A stretch of DNA of 64,000 bases from Chloroflexota bacterium. Lineage in GTDB: Bacteria > Chloroflexota > Chloroflexia > Chloroflexales > Herpetosiphonaceae. Shown here piece after piece: positions 37,448 to 47,635 of this stretch; within the stretch, counting starts at the first letter, position 1; each line of letters opens with the position of its first letter. The position numbers and the translations under genes are program-made. The notes below the pieces were generated by a model. The model was not told where the DNA came from, searched no databases, and saw only the letters and a program-made list of their open reading frames with translations. The stretch spans positions 235,024 to 299,023 of the forward strand of contig JAIUOC010000003.1 of assembly GCA_020161265.1 (NCBI GenBank), in the 5' to 3' direction.

Positions 37448-38644
37448 TTAGGACTTTAAAGTGATATCCTTTTCGAAAGGATTATATGTTCCTTGGGTTG
37501 CTTCAATAAGAAATGGTTTGATGAGTTCCTCTGCAATTCCAAGAATATTACTTTGTACAACTAAAGCACTATGCTGGGCTATTGTTTCAAATGAATCTCT
37601 TTCCATTATAGGAGAATCATAGCTTTGTCCACGAAATACCTTACTTCCCTGAATTCCTTCGATACGTAAACCGATATTGAGATTCCCTATATATCCCGCT
37701 TGTTGATATAAGTGATTTGCTATCCATAAAGTTTGAACCAATATTTTAGCTATACCCGCCTCGAAGAGGAAAAACCAATCCTCTCCTTTCTCCGAAATTC
37801 TCCCACAGCATATATATATTGAACCATCATGATGAACATTGACTGATATATTAGAGGCTAATATATCATGATTTTTAGCTGGATCAGAACCTCTATAAGC
37901 ACGAAATTTCCAGCCTTCAATGATACGTTTATCATTTTGTACTCCATCAATAAAAGATGGATTAAAACCTATGTTGAAATTGTAGGCCTGATGAGCTTTG
38001 GCTACCAGTTCATAAAAAGATCTATTCCAATCTGCATCATTAAAACGAGGAATACCTGAAAACACTTGGGTAAATCCTTGGGTTGGTTTGATAGCAATAT
38101 ACATTCTTCCATAATCTGGATGAGGAGGAATGTCGAGTATCTTTACAGCATCCTTAATGATCTCTCTCGCACTTGTTTCTCCAGCAAGACGACGCTGATA
38201 GAGACGTGCAATATCACCTTCGTTTAATGGAATGTTACCCCGCGAACTCCGTCCATAAAATCGATTCTCTTGTTTAACCGTAACCTGATGCGGCGCAAAG
38301 GGCGATGATGGAATTATCACAACGATATATCCCTTCAGCGGATCTGCTTCTGCGGAAAAAGCAGATATATGAATTTTGAGCGGTGGTTGCAGACTGTACA
38401 TTGCTATTTGAGCCAGTTTTTCTGGAACGCCGTCTAAATCGATTGGAGTAAGGATTTTTAATTGACCATTCTCTTCGCCAATACCGTAAATAATCACACC
38501 ACCATCATTCGCCATAGCAGCAAAATCTTTGGCGATCTCTACAGATTTGCTCGCAATTTGCTGTTTCGCATCAAAGGTTGCCGACTCTTCAATACCTTGG
38601 TCAATGGCTTGTTGCAATTCTGCTTCAGTTTTTGGAATCCACAT
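37448..38644 (-). CDS. AlbA_2 (Schlafen-like) domain protein
   Basis: N-terminal FDAKQQI...AKDFAAMANDGGVIIYGI matches the AlbA_2 pattern; about 200 aa uncharacterised C-terminus. Confidence 0.5.
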   Translation of the reverse strand: MWIPKTEAELQQAIDQGIEESATFDAKQQIASKSVEIAKDFAAMANDGGVIIYGIGEENGQLKILTPIDLDGVPEKLAQIAMYSLQPPLKIHISAFSAEADPLKGYIVVIIPSSPFAPHQVTVKQENRFYGRSSRGNIPLNEGDIARLYQRRLAGETSAREIIKDAVKILDIPPHPDYGRMYIAIKPTQGFTQVFSGIPRFNDADWNRSFYELVAKAHQAYNFNIGFNPSFIDGVQNDKRIIEGWKFRAYRGSDPAKNHDILASNISVNVHHDGSIYICCGRISEKGEDWFFLFEAGIAKILVQTLWIANHLYQQAGYIGNLNIGLRIEGIQGSKVFRGQSYDSPIMERDSFETIAQHSALVVQSNILGIAEELIKPFLIEATQGTYNPFEKDITLKS

Positions 38645-38756
38645 AGATACCTCGTTATTAATTTCTAAAGAGCTATTATTCTGTCGCTATGCACGGTTTA
38701 ACATTGACGCTAATAAATAGCTAAGCGTAAATTTCGTTTACGCTTAGCTATCTCTT

Positions 38757-39071
38757 TTAAATCAAATCTGACATAACATCCACCAGATCTTCCCAGTGTT
38801 TTTGCAGATCGATTTTAGATATCTCTTTCAATACTTGCCTTTCTATTAACAAGTATGCTAGTTTATAACTAACCTTCAAAGCAAACTCCTTAAGTTTGTT
38901 TTGCTGATATACTGTAGTATTGGATTTGGTGAAAATCCCTTGTTGATCTGCGACAGGACTAAATTTCGCAGTGGTACCATCCGACTTTAAAACCTTGGTG
39001 TTTGCAGCACTAAGGTTTTTTCTTCTTTTAGGTTCATGCCGTTGCTTGTACTTTTTCGATCGTTTTTTCAT
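38757..39071 (-). CDS. small Lys-rich hypothetical protein
   Basis: 104-aa ORF, KKRSKKYKQRHEPKRRK basic N-terminus. Confidence 0.3.
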   Translation of the reverse strand: MKKRSKKYKQRHEPKRRKNLSAANTKVLKSDGTTAKFSPVADQQGIFTKSNTTVYQQNKLKEFALKVSYKLAYLLIERQVLKEISKIDLQKHWEDLVDVMSDLI

Positions 39072-39400
39072 ATGAATTCCTTTTGATGATTATTTAAGCT
39101 AAACACTTAGGTTTAGTTCGTGGCTAGTCATATACGGCTCCTTATTAGATTACGAAATTTACAAGTGTGAGTAATTTATAGATTACATAATGACTCCTTT
39201 TCTGATTTTAGATACAAAAAAACCCGCAAAGATTTTCACTAAATCTTTACAGGCTTTATTAGATATAAAATCTAATTGTAAAGACGTGATCATACACAAT
39301 ATTTGCGGTACGATCCGTCAAATGGAATAGGTGATAAACCTATATTTCAATGGTAGCGTTATTTTTTATTCCTGTCAAGTGCTATTTTGAAACAAATATT

Positions 39401-40336
39401 CTATATCTTTGCCTCAAACCACCCTGCCCTTAAAAAGCGATGCGGCTGCTGAATGCGTTGGCCATGTTTTGTATACTGGGCTGTCCAGATCGGCGTGAGA
39501 ATACCTGACTCACGCACATCATCAATCGTGGCGATCAGCAATTGGCTCCCGGGCCAGCCGATTTCCCATGCATCGAGCACTGCCCGTTTGCGACGTTCGC
39601 TCGGCACGGTAAAGGCAATCAGCGGCCATTGATAGCGACCTTCCCAATACTTCGAGCGATACAACTCTCCATAGGAGTGGGCTTTGCCCGTGATAATACT
39701 CAGCTCCTCAGTTCCCCGATCAATCTCGATCGCATAAAGTTGATCGATCTGCCCCTGTTGTTGGCCAATCCCAAGCCACGGATACAACGACGAGCGCTCG
39801 CAATCGGGCTTCGTCGCATCAGCCCAGCGGCGCACCACGACAATCCCATCAGCGCGTGGCCGTGCGGTTGGGCCTAAGTCCATCTCAATATAACTGCTCA
39901 TGCCGACAATACCAGGCACATATGGTAGCGATTGAATCAAACTGGTGATAACCTCGGCATACTCAATTTGATGTTCAGCCTGGTGCTGCGGATTAAACAT
40001 CGTGGGTGCAAGTCGCTCACTGCCTTCTTCAAGCATGGGTAAGGCCTGTTTGACGATCTCCCAGCCGAGCGGCGTGAGACTATATAGGCGGCCATGGCGC
40101 GTCCAGCCGATTGCACCACGCGGATCATAGCCATGCGATTGAAAGTGTTCGCAGTAGGTCAGTAATTTCGCATCAACCAGTTTGACCAACGTGCGATTGA
40201 CCGTTTGAATCGTCACGGTAAACGGATGCCCCCAGGCTGTGCGTAGGTGACGCGAGAGTAATCGGCCAAGCCGAGCAACGAGCACGAGGATCTGCATTTC
40301 GATGGGATTCAAGCCAATGGGTGTTGAAAATACCAT
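39401..40336 (-). CDS. winged-HTH protein, replication-relaxation-family-like candidate
   Basis: N-terminal wHTH-like segment; adjacent to FtsK-like ATPase as in conjugative elements. Confidence 0.35.
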   Translation of the reverse strand: MVFSTPIGLNPIEMQILVLVARLGRLLSRHLRTAWGHPFTVTIQTVNRTLVKLVDAKLLTYCEHFQSHGYDPRGAIGWTRHGRLYSLTPLGWEIVKQALPMLEEGSERLAPTMFNPQHQAEHQIEYAEVITSLIQSLPYVPGIVGMSSYIEMDLGPTARPRADGIVVVRRWADATKPDCERSSLYPWLGIGQQQGQIDQLYAIEIDRGTEELSIITGKAHSYGELYRSKYWEGRYQWPLIAFTVPSERRKRAVLDAWEIGWPGSQLLIATIDDVRESGILTPIWTAQYTKHGQRIQQPHRFLRAGWFEAKI

Positions 40337-40633
40337 ACAACTATCTCCTCATAATCATAATGGTAGCTGCGCAGCCGGTTAAAGAATGTCGGCACGACCA
40401 AATGACCAATTTAGGCGATTCTAATGCGCTATTTTTTGCTTGGCGATTTGTAGGCCGTCTGAATGCGAAATGAATACGATTTGAACACGATGTGAACATA
40501 TACGCCGAGGGAAAAGATGGTGCGAGCAAAAGAAACGCCATTAGCAAATAACGCATCTGCCAACGGCGTTTTTGTAATAGATGAATTCCTATATTCGATA
40601 GTATTTGATTATTTTCAATGATAATGAAAATAA

Positions 40634-41758
40634 TCATGAGATGTCGGATTGTTCAATCAGTTGTTTAATCTGGCGGATTTGTTCTTGACGGCGCTTGCGT
40701 TTACCGCCTAAAGTGTCAATAATTTCGTTGCCACTTTTCTGCTCAAGGAGCAATTTGGTAATCGCGACAATATCCTCGATACTGGTTCCCTCAATCGCGG
40801 TAGTTTCGCTGGTTCCCTCGGTTCCCACGCTTGAATTGTTCTCTTTTTGCTCTTGGGTACTAGGGTACTGCCATACAACACTCTGATTAATTGGCTGAAG
40901 TGACAATGCATAGGCAGGCTCACGATCACACCAAAACCATTTACTATTCCACTCAACGGCTGCTGGCCATGATAGTGACGAAGATGCTTTCATTTTCTCT
41001 ACAGCCCGATCGCCGATTGCTACCCATAAGAGATTATCGAGTGCTTCACTATCACCCTCAATTCCTAACGGATTGACCAATGTGGTTTGGGTTACGACGA
41101 TAAGATGCATTCGGTATTTGGCAGCTTGGCGAAGCATTTCACCAACAAAGCGCCGAGCAATTGGTACTTTGGGTTTTGCCGATGATCCATCTTCGCCATG
41201 CACCTTACTCATCACATCAGGTGCTTCTTCGAGTACGATCGTAATAGGATCAAACTCAATTACCCCTTTTGAAGCAGCTTCCTTGCGTGCTTGGAGTTCC
41301 TCAAGAAGTATCTTCATGACATGGTTAATCTCGCCATACGCCTGAACTTGTGACAACCCACCATAGTCATTTGGTCGGGCATGCGAGTTGAGAATCACCA
41401 GCTGGTGTCCATCAATCGAACGTAAGTAGGTCAAAGCCATACTAAGTATCGATTTTCCTTGTCGTGATGGTCCGGCAATCCCAATATGTGGTCGCTTCCC
41501 GAGCAGCTCCAGCAGTGCAGGCCACATATAGATTGATGGCTGATCGTCGATAGATGAAGCAACAACACCTTTGGTTGATGATTTTGCGATTGGTGTTACT
41601 GTCACAGGTTTTGTTTGCCCACTCGATTGACCTGGTATCGAGAGTGCTGGTCGTCGTTTTGCTGGAGGAGTTCGTGCATGCCACCAGAGAAATGTACCTA
41701 CAAAACTACAGGCAAAAAGAAATATTGTTGGATAAAGCCAAGGGGAGTTAATATCCAT
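40634..41758 (-). CDS. FtsK/SpoIIIE-like DNA translocase ATPase with N-terminal TM (TraB/TraSA-like)
   Basis: Walker A GPSRQGKS, Walker B IVLEEAPDV; start at ATG 41758 with RBS AAGGAGGA. Confidence 0.6.
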   Translation of the reverse strand: MDINSPWLYPTIFLFACSFVGTFLWWHARTPPAKRRPALSIPGQSSGQTKPVTVTPIAKSSTKGVVASSIDDQPSIYMWPALLELLGKRPHIGIAGPSRQGKSILSMALTYLRSIDGHQLVILNSHARPNDYGGLSQVQAYGEINHVMKILLEELQARKEAASKGVIEFDPITIVLEEAPDVMSKVHGEDGSSAKPKVPIARRFVGEMLRQAAKYRMHLIVVTQTTLVNPLGIEGDSEALDNLLWVAIGDRAVEKMKASSSLSWPAAVEWNSKWFWCDREPAYALSLQPINQSVVWQYPSTQEQKENNSSVGTEGTSETTAIEGTSIEDIVAITKLLLEQKSGNEIIDTLGGKRKRRQEQIRQIKQLIEQSDIS

Positions 41759-42194
41759 CGTGCTCCTCCTTTGATGTAGCTCCAAACGCCAAATACTCGG
41801 GCCACCGAGCAGAGACAATTCCAATTGCTAATCCTAGCGCCCATGCTATCAATCGTGCGGTTATGCCTGTGCTCAGCTTGTATGCGATTTGATAAAACAG
41901 CCAATCACACCATTTGTAGGCGGTAATAATGGCATCGGGAGCCAGAAAGCTTACGTAGCCCCACCCTGAACGCCGTAAGGTGTACATTTGTCCCACAAAG
42001 AGAAAGAAGGCTAGCCCAAGCCCTGCAAAGATTCCTCGGAGATCGCGTTGGCCCCAGAGCCAATATTGAAAATCGCTCATTGTTGAGACGGTGGTCACAA
42101 TACTATTGCCCCAACCAATTGTGCAGGCGATCCCCTTTACGAGTTTGCGACTGGGGTCGAGGCGGCGTAGATCGAATAACACATCGGTAGTCAT
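41748..42194 (-). CDS. membrane protein
   Basis: 148-aa ORF with hydrophobic helices. Confidence 0.3.
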   Translation of the reverse strand: MTTDVLFDLRRLDPSRKLVKGIACTIGWGNSIVTTVSTMSDFQYWLWGQRDLRGIFAGLGLAFFLFVGQMYTLRRSGWGYVSFLAPDAIITAYKWCDWLFYQIAYKLSTGITARLIAWALGLAIGIVSARWPEYLAFGATSKEEHDGY

Positions 42195-42293
42195 CGTGTT
42201 CTCCTTTGGTATACTAGCGCTGCATCACTTTGGTGTTCTCCTGTGATGCACGCCGCCGATGGTGGTGCATCGGCGGCACTTTATCCTTATTAA

Positions 42294-42647
42294 TTAAGTA
42301 TTGGTTTCATTGATATCCGGTGGAGATTCTGTTTGTGCATCAGCGGCAGAGTTTGACTGAACTGTCACACACTGGTATTCGATGAGATAAAGATCGGCAT
42401 AGCGCTGCAATGGTGCGTCATAGTAAGCTCGGCCAACAGGCTGTGCTCCTCGTTTAAGCCGATAACCCATCTTTGTAATTTGGGTTTTGGTGCGCAAGGT
42501 CATCCCAACTCGTTCAAGAAGGGGAATCCAATGCTCCCGCTGCCCTGATCCCCACGTGAATCGATTTCCTTCTAATCCTTGGGCTACATCGTTTAGCACC
42601 CGTCGAATAACTTCAATTCGTTGTTTGGCGGTATTTGGTGATCCCAT
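42294..42647 (-). CDS. hypothetical protein
   Basis: 117-aa ORF. Confidence 0.3.
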   Translation of the reverse strand: MGSPNTAKQRIEVIRRVLNDVAQGLEGNRFTWGSGQREHWIPLLERVGMTLRTKTQITKMGYRLKRGAQPVGRAYYDAPLQRYADLYLIEYQCVTVQSNSAADAQTESPPDINETNT

Positions 42648-42653
42648 AAAACC

Positions 42654-42974
42654 TCATACATCATATTCAAGGTAGGGGTCGTCAGTTATAGGGTCTGGCG
42701 TGCTCTGGTTTTGTTCAACAGAAGTTGAACAATTGGCTAACGCTTGTTCAACGTTTCCAGTAAGTAATTCCATTAATTTGCTGCGAATTGCTTCATCATT
42801 GATTCGGGCAAGGCTTGCCATAATATCGGCAGCGAATAAACGAATATCTTTGCCACTGGCATGCAGTCCAATAATGATGAGGGCGCGGAGCACTGCGGAT
42901 TCATTACCAAGGCTCCTAACGGTTTTGCTTAGCAAGGTGGAACTTCGCGTAGTTAGGCGTTCTTCAAAACTCAT
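42654..42974 (-). CDS. hypothetical protein (possible ParR-like adaptor)
   Basis: Small ORF immediately downstream of ParM-like gene. Confidence 0.25.
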   Translation of the reverse strand: MSFEERLTTRSSTLLSKTVRSLGNESAVLRALIIIGLHASGKDIRLFAADIMASLARINDEAIRSKLMELLTGNVEQALANCSTSVEQNQSTPDPITDDPYLEYDV

Positions 42975-43963
42975 TGGCCAAGCTCCTCATAGCGCCGCGC
43001 ACGGCGGGCGTATCCGCGTGCGATCGCTGTTTGTGGATTTGGGGCAACAATAGCCTGTCGAAAGCGTTGTTGGAGCGCACGAACAAGGATTGGCAACTCA
43101 GCTCCACCGCCTGCGATAATGATGGCATCGAGCTTTCCGCCACTTCCCCAGGCACGCACCATCGCATCGGCAACTTGCTGACCATTTGCTTCCCAAGGGC
43201 GTTCCCAACCTGTTGGTAGATCGAGTTCTTCGCCGGCTACCCGTACATAGCCCTTGCGCACTGCTTGATCAACATCGTGAAGTGTGAGATCGATGTTATA
43301 ACGCCCGCTAATTCGCGTTTGGAGTTGCTGGAGTGGATTAGCACTCCCAAGCTCGAAGCTAATCGCACTATCGGGAATAACATTTAAGGCTTGGACAATG
43401 CAGGCATCCACGGTGTTATGACCAAGATCAATGACTCCAATGCGGCCTGTCTCGTATCCAAGATTGAGAATGCGCCCTGTTTCATCGAGTAACACGCCAT
43501 ACAATGCCCCAAGTGGCTCGCTAATCACACGAATTCCTGTTTTGAGGGTTGCACCGTGAAAGAACCCACTTGGCACAGCGTCACGTAAACGCCCAGCAAG
43601 CGCAACTGCGAGATCACGCTCACCTATCCAAGCTGCTGGTAACCCGGTTACACAAGCGCCGCCAGTTGGTTGGCCAAGCCGTTGAAGTGCTCCTTTAACA
43701 AGCGCTGGAATAATGTGGCGGTCGTAGAGTCGTTGTTGTGAGCGAAGAGAGAGGGGCGAGGGTGCTAATAATGCGTGCTCACCCGTCCACCAGAGTGTTC
43801 CATGAACTTCTACCGTTGGAATATCGTGGAGACTTCCCTCTGCATTGCTTGCTGCTGGAGCAACAATTGCTGGAAAAATAGTTGTCTGCTCTTCGCCATT
43901 CTCATTGATTGTGTACTTAACAAAGCCATGGCCGATATTTGCTCCATGAACGGTAATTGACAT
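42971..43963 (-). CDS. ParM/StbA-family actin-like ATPase (partition)
   Basis: ASKHA motifs: GIDLGHNTVD, IIIAGGGAE. Confidence 0.55.
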   Translation of the reverse strand: MSITVHGANIGHGFVKYTINENGEEQTTIFPAIVAPAASNAEGSLHDIPTVEVHGTLWWTGEHALLAPSPLSLRSQQRLYDRHIIPALVKGALQRLGQPTGGACVTGLPAAWIGERDLAVALAGRLRDAVPSGFFHGATLKTGIRVISEPLGALYGVLLDETGRILNLGYETGRIGVIDLGHNTVDACIVQALNVIPDSAISFELGSANPLQQLQTRISGRYNIDLTLHDVDQAVRKGYVRVAGEELDLPTGWERPWEANGQQVADAMVRAWGSGGKLDAIIIAGGGAELPILVRALQQRFRQAIVAPNPQTAIARGYARRARRYEELGQ

Positions 43964-44033
43964 ATAATGCTCCTAAGTAAGGTTTCCCACAGGCCGCTGG
44001 TGTATGCATTGATTGCAGATACTGGTGGCTTTT

Positions 44034-44246
44034 TTATTGTTGTGATTGGTCAGCGATTGGTAATTTAAGGGGTGCAGAGTGATTGGGCTGGAAGGTAATT
44101 GTTCCGTAGGCTAACCATTGCCCTTTACGACCTTGCCGTGCAGACTGGATAGCAACGCCTGATTGCTGGAGCTGCGTTACCGCCGTTTGGGCATCTTCTT
44201 GAGAATCGGCGATGATACGGATCTGAACAATAATAGGCTTGTTCAT
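44034..44246 (-). CDS. hypothetical protein
   Basis: Start MNKPII with RBS AAGGGGGG. Confidence 0.3.
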   Translation of the reverse strand: MNKPIIVQIRIIADSQEDAQTAVTQLQQSGVAIQSARQGRKGQWLAYGTITFQPNHSAPLKLPIADQSQQ

Positions 44247-44254
44247 AACCCCCC

Positions 44255-45391
44255 TTATGATGCTGCTGATTGAAGATCGGTTCGTGTAATACCCATCCAC
44301 CATTGATCAAGATGGGTAGCAATCCACGCGCGTAAATCTATGCCACACTGTGCAACCATGGTTCCAAAATCGTGTGGGTCAGGGCGCATGCGATAGACTT
44401 CTTTGCCTTTGAAGATATCAAGCCAAAATGCAGCTGATTTATCTCCAGCGGCATCGGCATCAGTCGCGATAAAGAGTGGTTGGCACAAGCTGTATTGCAC
44501 GAGCCATCGAAATGCACGGCCTTGGGTTGTCCCAACTGCCACGACCCCAGCGAGTGGAGTTCCTCGTCGTTCAAATTGGCCAAGTGCTTGTTGGGCCACA
44601 AGGGCATCGATCGGTCCTTCAACAAAGATGCTTGGCTGCCCAGGTCGCAGCGTATCGATGCCATAGGGAACATTACTGCTTCCGGCTACCGTCACATACT
44701 TAAAGCCTTCATCACGAGGATTGGTTTGGCGAATTGAGAGCTTCCAGAGCTGCCCATCACAAAACCAAGGAATAACATACCCTGCAGGCAACCACACGCC
44801 ATCTTTATCCGGGTCATCAAGTCCCCACCGGTGTAATGGACGGTTGAGCGGTTTCGGGTTATAGCCAATTGCTGCGGTGCGGATTGTATGATCACTTAGG
44901 CCACGTTGGCGAAGATAGGTCAGCGGCGTTGAATCAGCAGCGGCATCTTTCCACAACATATCCACGCAATAGCCGAGAAAACTCAGGCCCATTTGTTGCC
45001 ATTGTGTGCCTGGTGGCTCACAGGCGCTCGGTGGCTCAGGGTCAGGAACCGATCGTGATTCCTTAGCTGATCGCGTAATGGTTAATCCGAGTGCTTCAAA
45101 AGCCGCTTTAATCAAAACAGGCCAATCAGGGTGATCTTTGGTTGGAATGAAGCCATGGTCGCGCAGGAAAATAAAATCAATATCCGATGCCCATGGCTGG
45201 CCCATGCGACAACCACGACACCACCAGCGGCCACCGCTATCGCCATGTGGTTGAACACGAAACCGATCCTTGCCACCACACAAGGGGCAGGCTCCGGCCC
45301 ATTCACCACCATTGGTTGCGGCTACTTTGCGCAGGGTAGTACGCTGGCCAACCAAGGCAAGAAAATCATCGCCGGAAAGATGGTCAATCAT
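44255..45391 (-). CDS. DnaG-type primase (zinc-binding + TOPRIM)
   Basis: CPLCGGKDRFR zinc finger; TOPRIM VEGPIDAL ... ATDADAAGD; RBS GGGAGG. Confidence 0.65.
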   Translation of the reverse strand: MIDHLSGDDFLALVGQRTTLRKVAATNGGEWAGACPLCGGKDRFRVQPHGDSGGRWWCRGCRMGQPWASDIDFIFLRDHGFIPTKDHPDWPVLIKAAFEALGLTITRSAKESRSVPDPEPPSACEPPGTQWQQMGLSFLGYCVDMLWKDAAADSTPLTYLRQRGLSDHTIRTAAIGYNPKPLNRPLHRWGLDDPDKDGVWLPAGYVIPWFCDGQLWKLSIRQTNPRDEGFKYVTVAGSSNVPYGIDTLRPGQPSIFVEGPIDALVAQQALGQFERRGTPLAGVVAVGTTQGRAFRWLVQYSLCQPLFIATDADAAGDKSAAFWLDIFKGKEVYRMRPDPHDFGTMVAQCGIDLRAWIATHLDQWWMGITRTDLQSAAS

Positions 45392-45675
45392 TGAAACCTC
45401 CCACAAGAAACGTCACTAGCGTCACCGAAGTGTCATGCTGTCTAAAGTAGTGATTTATGTCTTTCCAAAGGGATAAAACTGATAATCGTCGCAATGTCAC
45501 AAGTGTCACATGATTCTCGTTATTGAGGACTCTGGTTAATGATCGCGTGCATGTTTCATATTAAATTGGACATGTCCCCCTGTGACTCTGTGACTCTTCT
45601 TAAGAAAGCCGCTCTCAGAGGCGCTTTTTAGCGTCACAATCCATCGGTGACAGTTCGGTGACGTTGTGTCGCTTC

Positions 45676-47271
45676 TCATGCGCTGAACCTCCATACCTGA
45701 ATTGATCGGCCATTGGCTGCTTTGCTATCCAGCACATCAACCTGGCCTGCAAGTCGTAACACCTCTAAGACCTCGGTAATCTCTTTTTTGGATTGGTGGG
45801 TTCTGCGGCAAAGATCACGCACCGTCAACCCTGAAAGGGTATCTTTCAGAATGTCCAGCAGTTTATCGCCCAACTTAGTTTCTTCACTCTGAATCCCATC
45901 GCTCCAAATACGGTGCAAATCGCTGCGCCAGCGCTCGACAATCGCGATCGCGCGTTTGAGGTGATCGAGCTGCATGATTACTGGCAATTCAGGGCAATCC
46001 ATCGCGGCCAAAATCATGGCCACGCGCAATGCATGCCCTGGGAAACGGGCATAACTGGCATAGAGTGTGTCGGGTAGTCCGCTGTTGGGGAGATCGAACC
46101 GCAGCACCTTGTCATAGCGTTTCCACAATCCCATCACACCAGGTGCGAGTCGGATCGCACTCGGGGGATGTTCGTTATAGATCCGCACAAAGCGCTTGAT
46201 ATTTTCCTCAGGCACATCGTCTACCAGTTCGGCCTCGGGCTTGGGAAACAGGGTATCCAGATCCTTGAGACCATCAAGGAGGTCATCAGGCATCACCAAT
46301 TCGTCGGGAAACTCGGCATAACGAGGTGGTGCATCTGGCATCAGAATGGCGAAGCGACTCCATAGGCCTTCATCCCACAGTTTCTCGCTGCGGAGGTGAT
46401 CTTCAATATTCTTTGGTGTGGTTGCGCCAAGGAACGAGAGACTGGCATCACGAATCGTTGTTCGGCCATGGGTGATCGTTTCGTGGGCCAAGTATTCAGG
46501 GTTATCAAATAGCTTGAGTAAGAGCGAGAGCAGCTCGGCCATATACTCTTTTTTCATGTCACTGAATAAGAACCCGGCTTCATCGAGCAGCCATGCCCGT
46601 TGGGCCGCTTGGGCGCGGGCGAGCAGCCACTGTTCACGGTCATAATCACTGTAGCTGTCCAGCTTATCAGGAATGACGGTCGAAAACTGCTGGAGCAGCG
46701 ACTGAGGCGTGCTCTTGTCGGGTAAGAGCAAATGGCCAAGGCCCGCACGCCGCAGTACCCGCTCGACGACTTTCATGGCCGTCGATTTGGCATAGCGACC
46801 AGGGGGTGCAACGAACAAAGCATAGACATTGGGATAGTAGAAGGTCTCACCAATTTGGAGATACAGCCGTCGCGCGATCGCAGTTGCTGCTAGGAAAAGA
46901 CCTGCGGCTTCGTGAAAAATAGGTGGTGTGACTGGACTAGCTTGGCTGGCATAGTCAATGAAGGTGTCAAGCCATGTGCCACATTTGCCCTGCTGTCGAA
47001 TGACCTTTGTCAGTTCGTTCGGCAGCGGCGGCATGGTGCGGAGCGCCGGTGTTGGCTCACTCTCGATTAAGAGCGAAGCAATCCGATGATCGGCGCGGAT
47101 TGCCGTCTCCAGCGCCGCACGAACGCCGTCTGCACCACCAGCTTCGAATGCCTGCATCAGACTCTGAATAACAGCTTCCCATTCACCATAATCCTGTTGA
47201 CCAGGGATTGTTGATTGCAACAATGCGTTGATTGCAATGCGGGCTGCTAAAAAGGTAGGTTGTGTTGTCAT
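45676..47271 (-). CDS. DUF3987-like primase-associated / replicative helicase-loader-like protein
   Basis: 531 aa; degenerate P-loop VAPPGRYAKST; genomic association with primase. Confidence 0.4.
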   Translation of the reverse strand: MTTQPTFLAARIAINALLQSTIPGQQDYGEWEAVIQSLMQAFEAGGADGVRAALETAIRADHRIASLLIESEPTPALRTMPPLPNELTKVIRQQGKCGTWLDTFIDYASQASPVTPPIFHEAAGLFLAATAIARRLYLQIGETFYYPNVYALFVAPPGRYAKSTAMKVVERVLRRAGLGHLLLPDKSTPQSLLQQFSTVIPDKLDSYSDYDREQWLLARAQAAQRAWLLDEAGFLFSDMKKEYMAELLSLLLKLFDNPEYLAHETITHGRTTIRDASLSFLGATTPKNIEDHLRSEKLWDEGLWSRFAILMPDAPPRYAEFPDELVMPDDLLDGLKDLDTLFPKPEAELVDDVPEENIKRFVRIYNEHPPSAIRLAPGVMGLWKRYDKVLRFDLPNSGLPDTLYASYARFPGHALRVAMILAAMDCPELPVIMQLDHLKRAIAIVERWRSDLHRIWSDGIQSEETKLGDKLLDILKDTLSGLTVRDLCRRTHQSKKEITEVLEVLRLAGQVDVLDSKAANGRSIQVWRFSA

Positions 47272-47292
47272 ACATCCCTCAAAAACAACCTC

Positions 47293-47508
47293 TCACGCAA
47301 GGAGAGAGGAAAGGCTGATAGGTTCTCGTTGTGGTGCTGGTGGGGGGGGATTGAGAAAGTGACATTCCAGCATCAATTGAATGCGGCGCAGTCGTTCCAC
47401 GTGGACGCTATTCGCATTCATTGGTAACGAGCGCTCGGCTATTTGTAAGGTAAAGACTAGGTCGTCCAGATCCTGTTGTTGTTCCGGTGATAAAGTGTGA
47501 GATTGCAT
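47293..47508 (-). CDS. small hypothetical protein (possible regulator)
   Basis: 71-aa ORF divergent from integrase. Confidence 0.25.
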   Translation of the reverse strand: MQSHTLSPEQQQDLDDLVFTLQIAERSLPMNANSVHVERLRRIQLMLECHFLNPPPPAPQREPISLSSLLA

Positions 47509-47635
47509 AACAGTTGCAACCTTTCTGCTACCGTGTGTAGCGGGTTGTTGTCATCGTCCTGTAATCTAGCGCTCCAAAAAGAGAAAATTGGTTGCACCTT
47601 ATATAGGGTGTGTACATTTTGTGAGGAGCGTTTAA

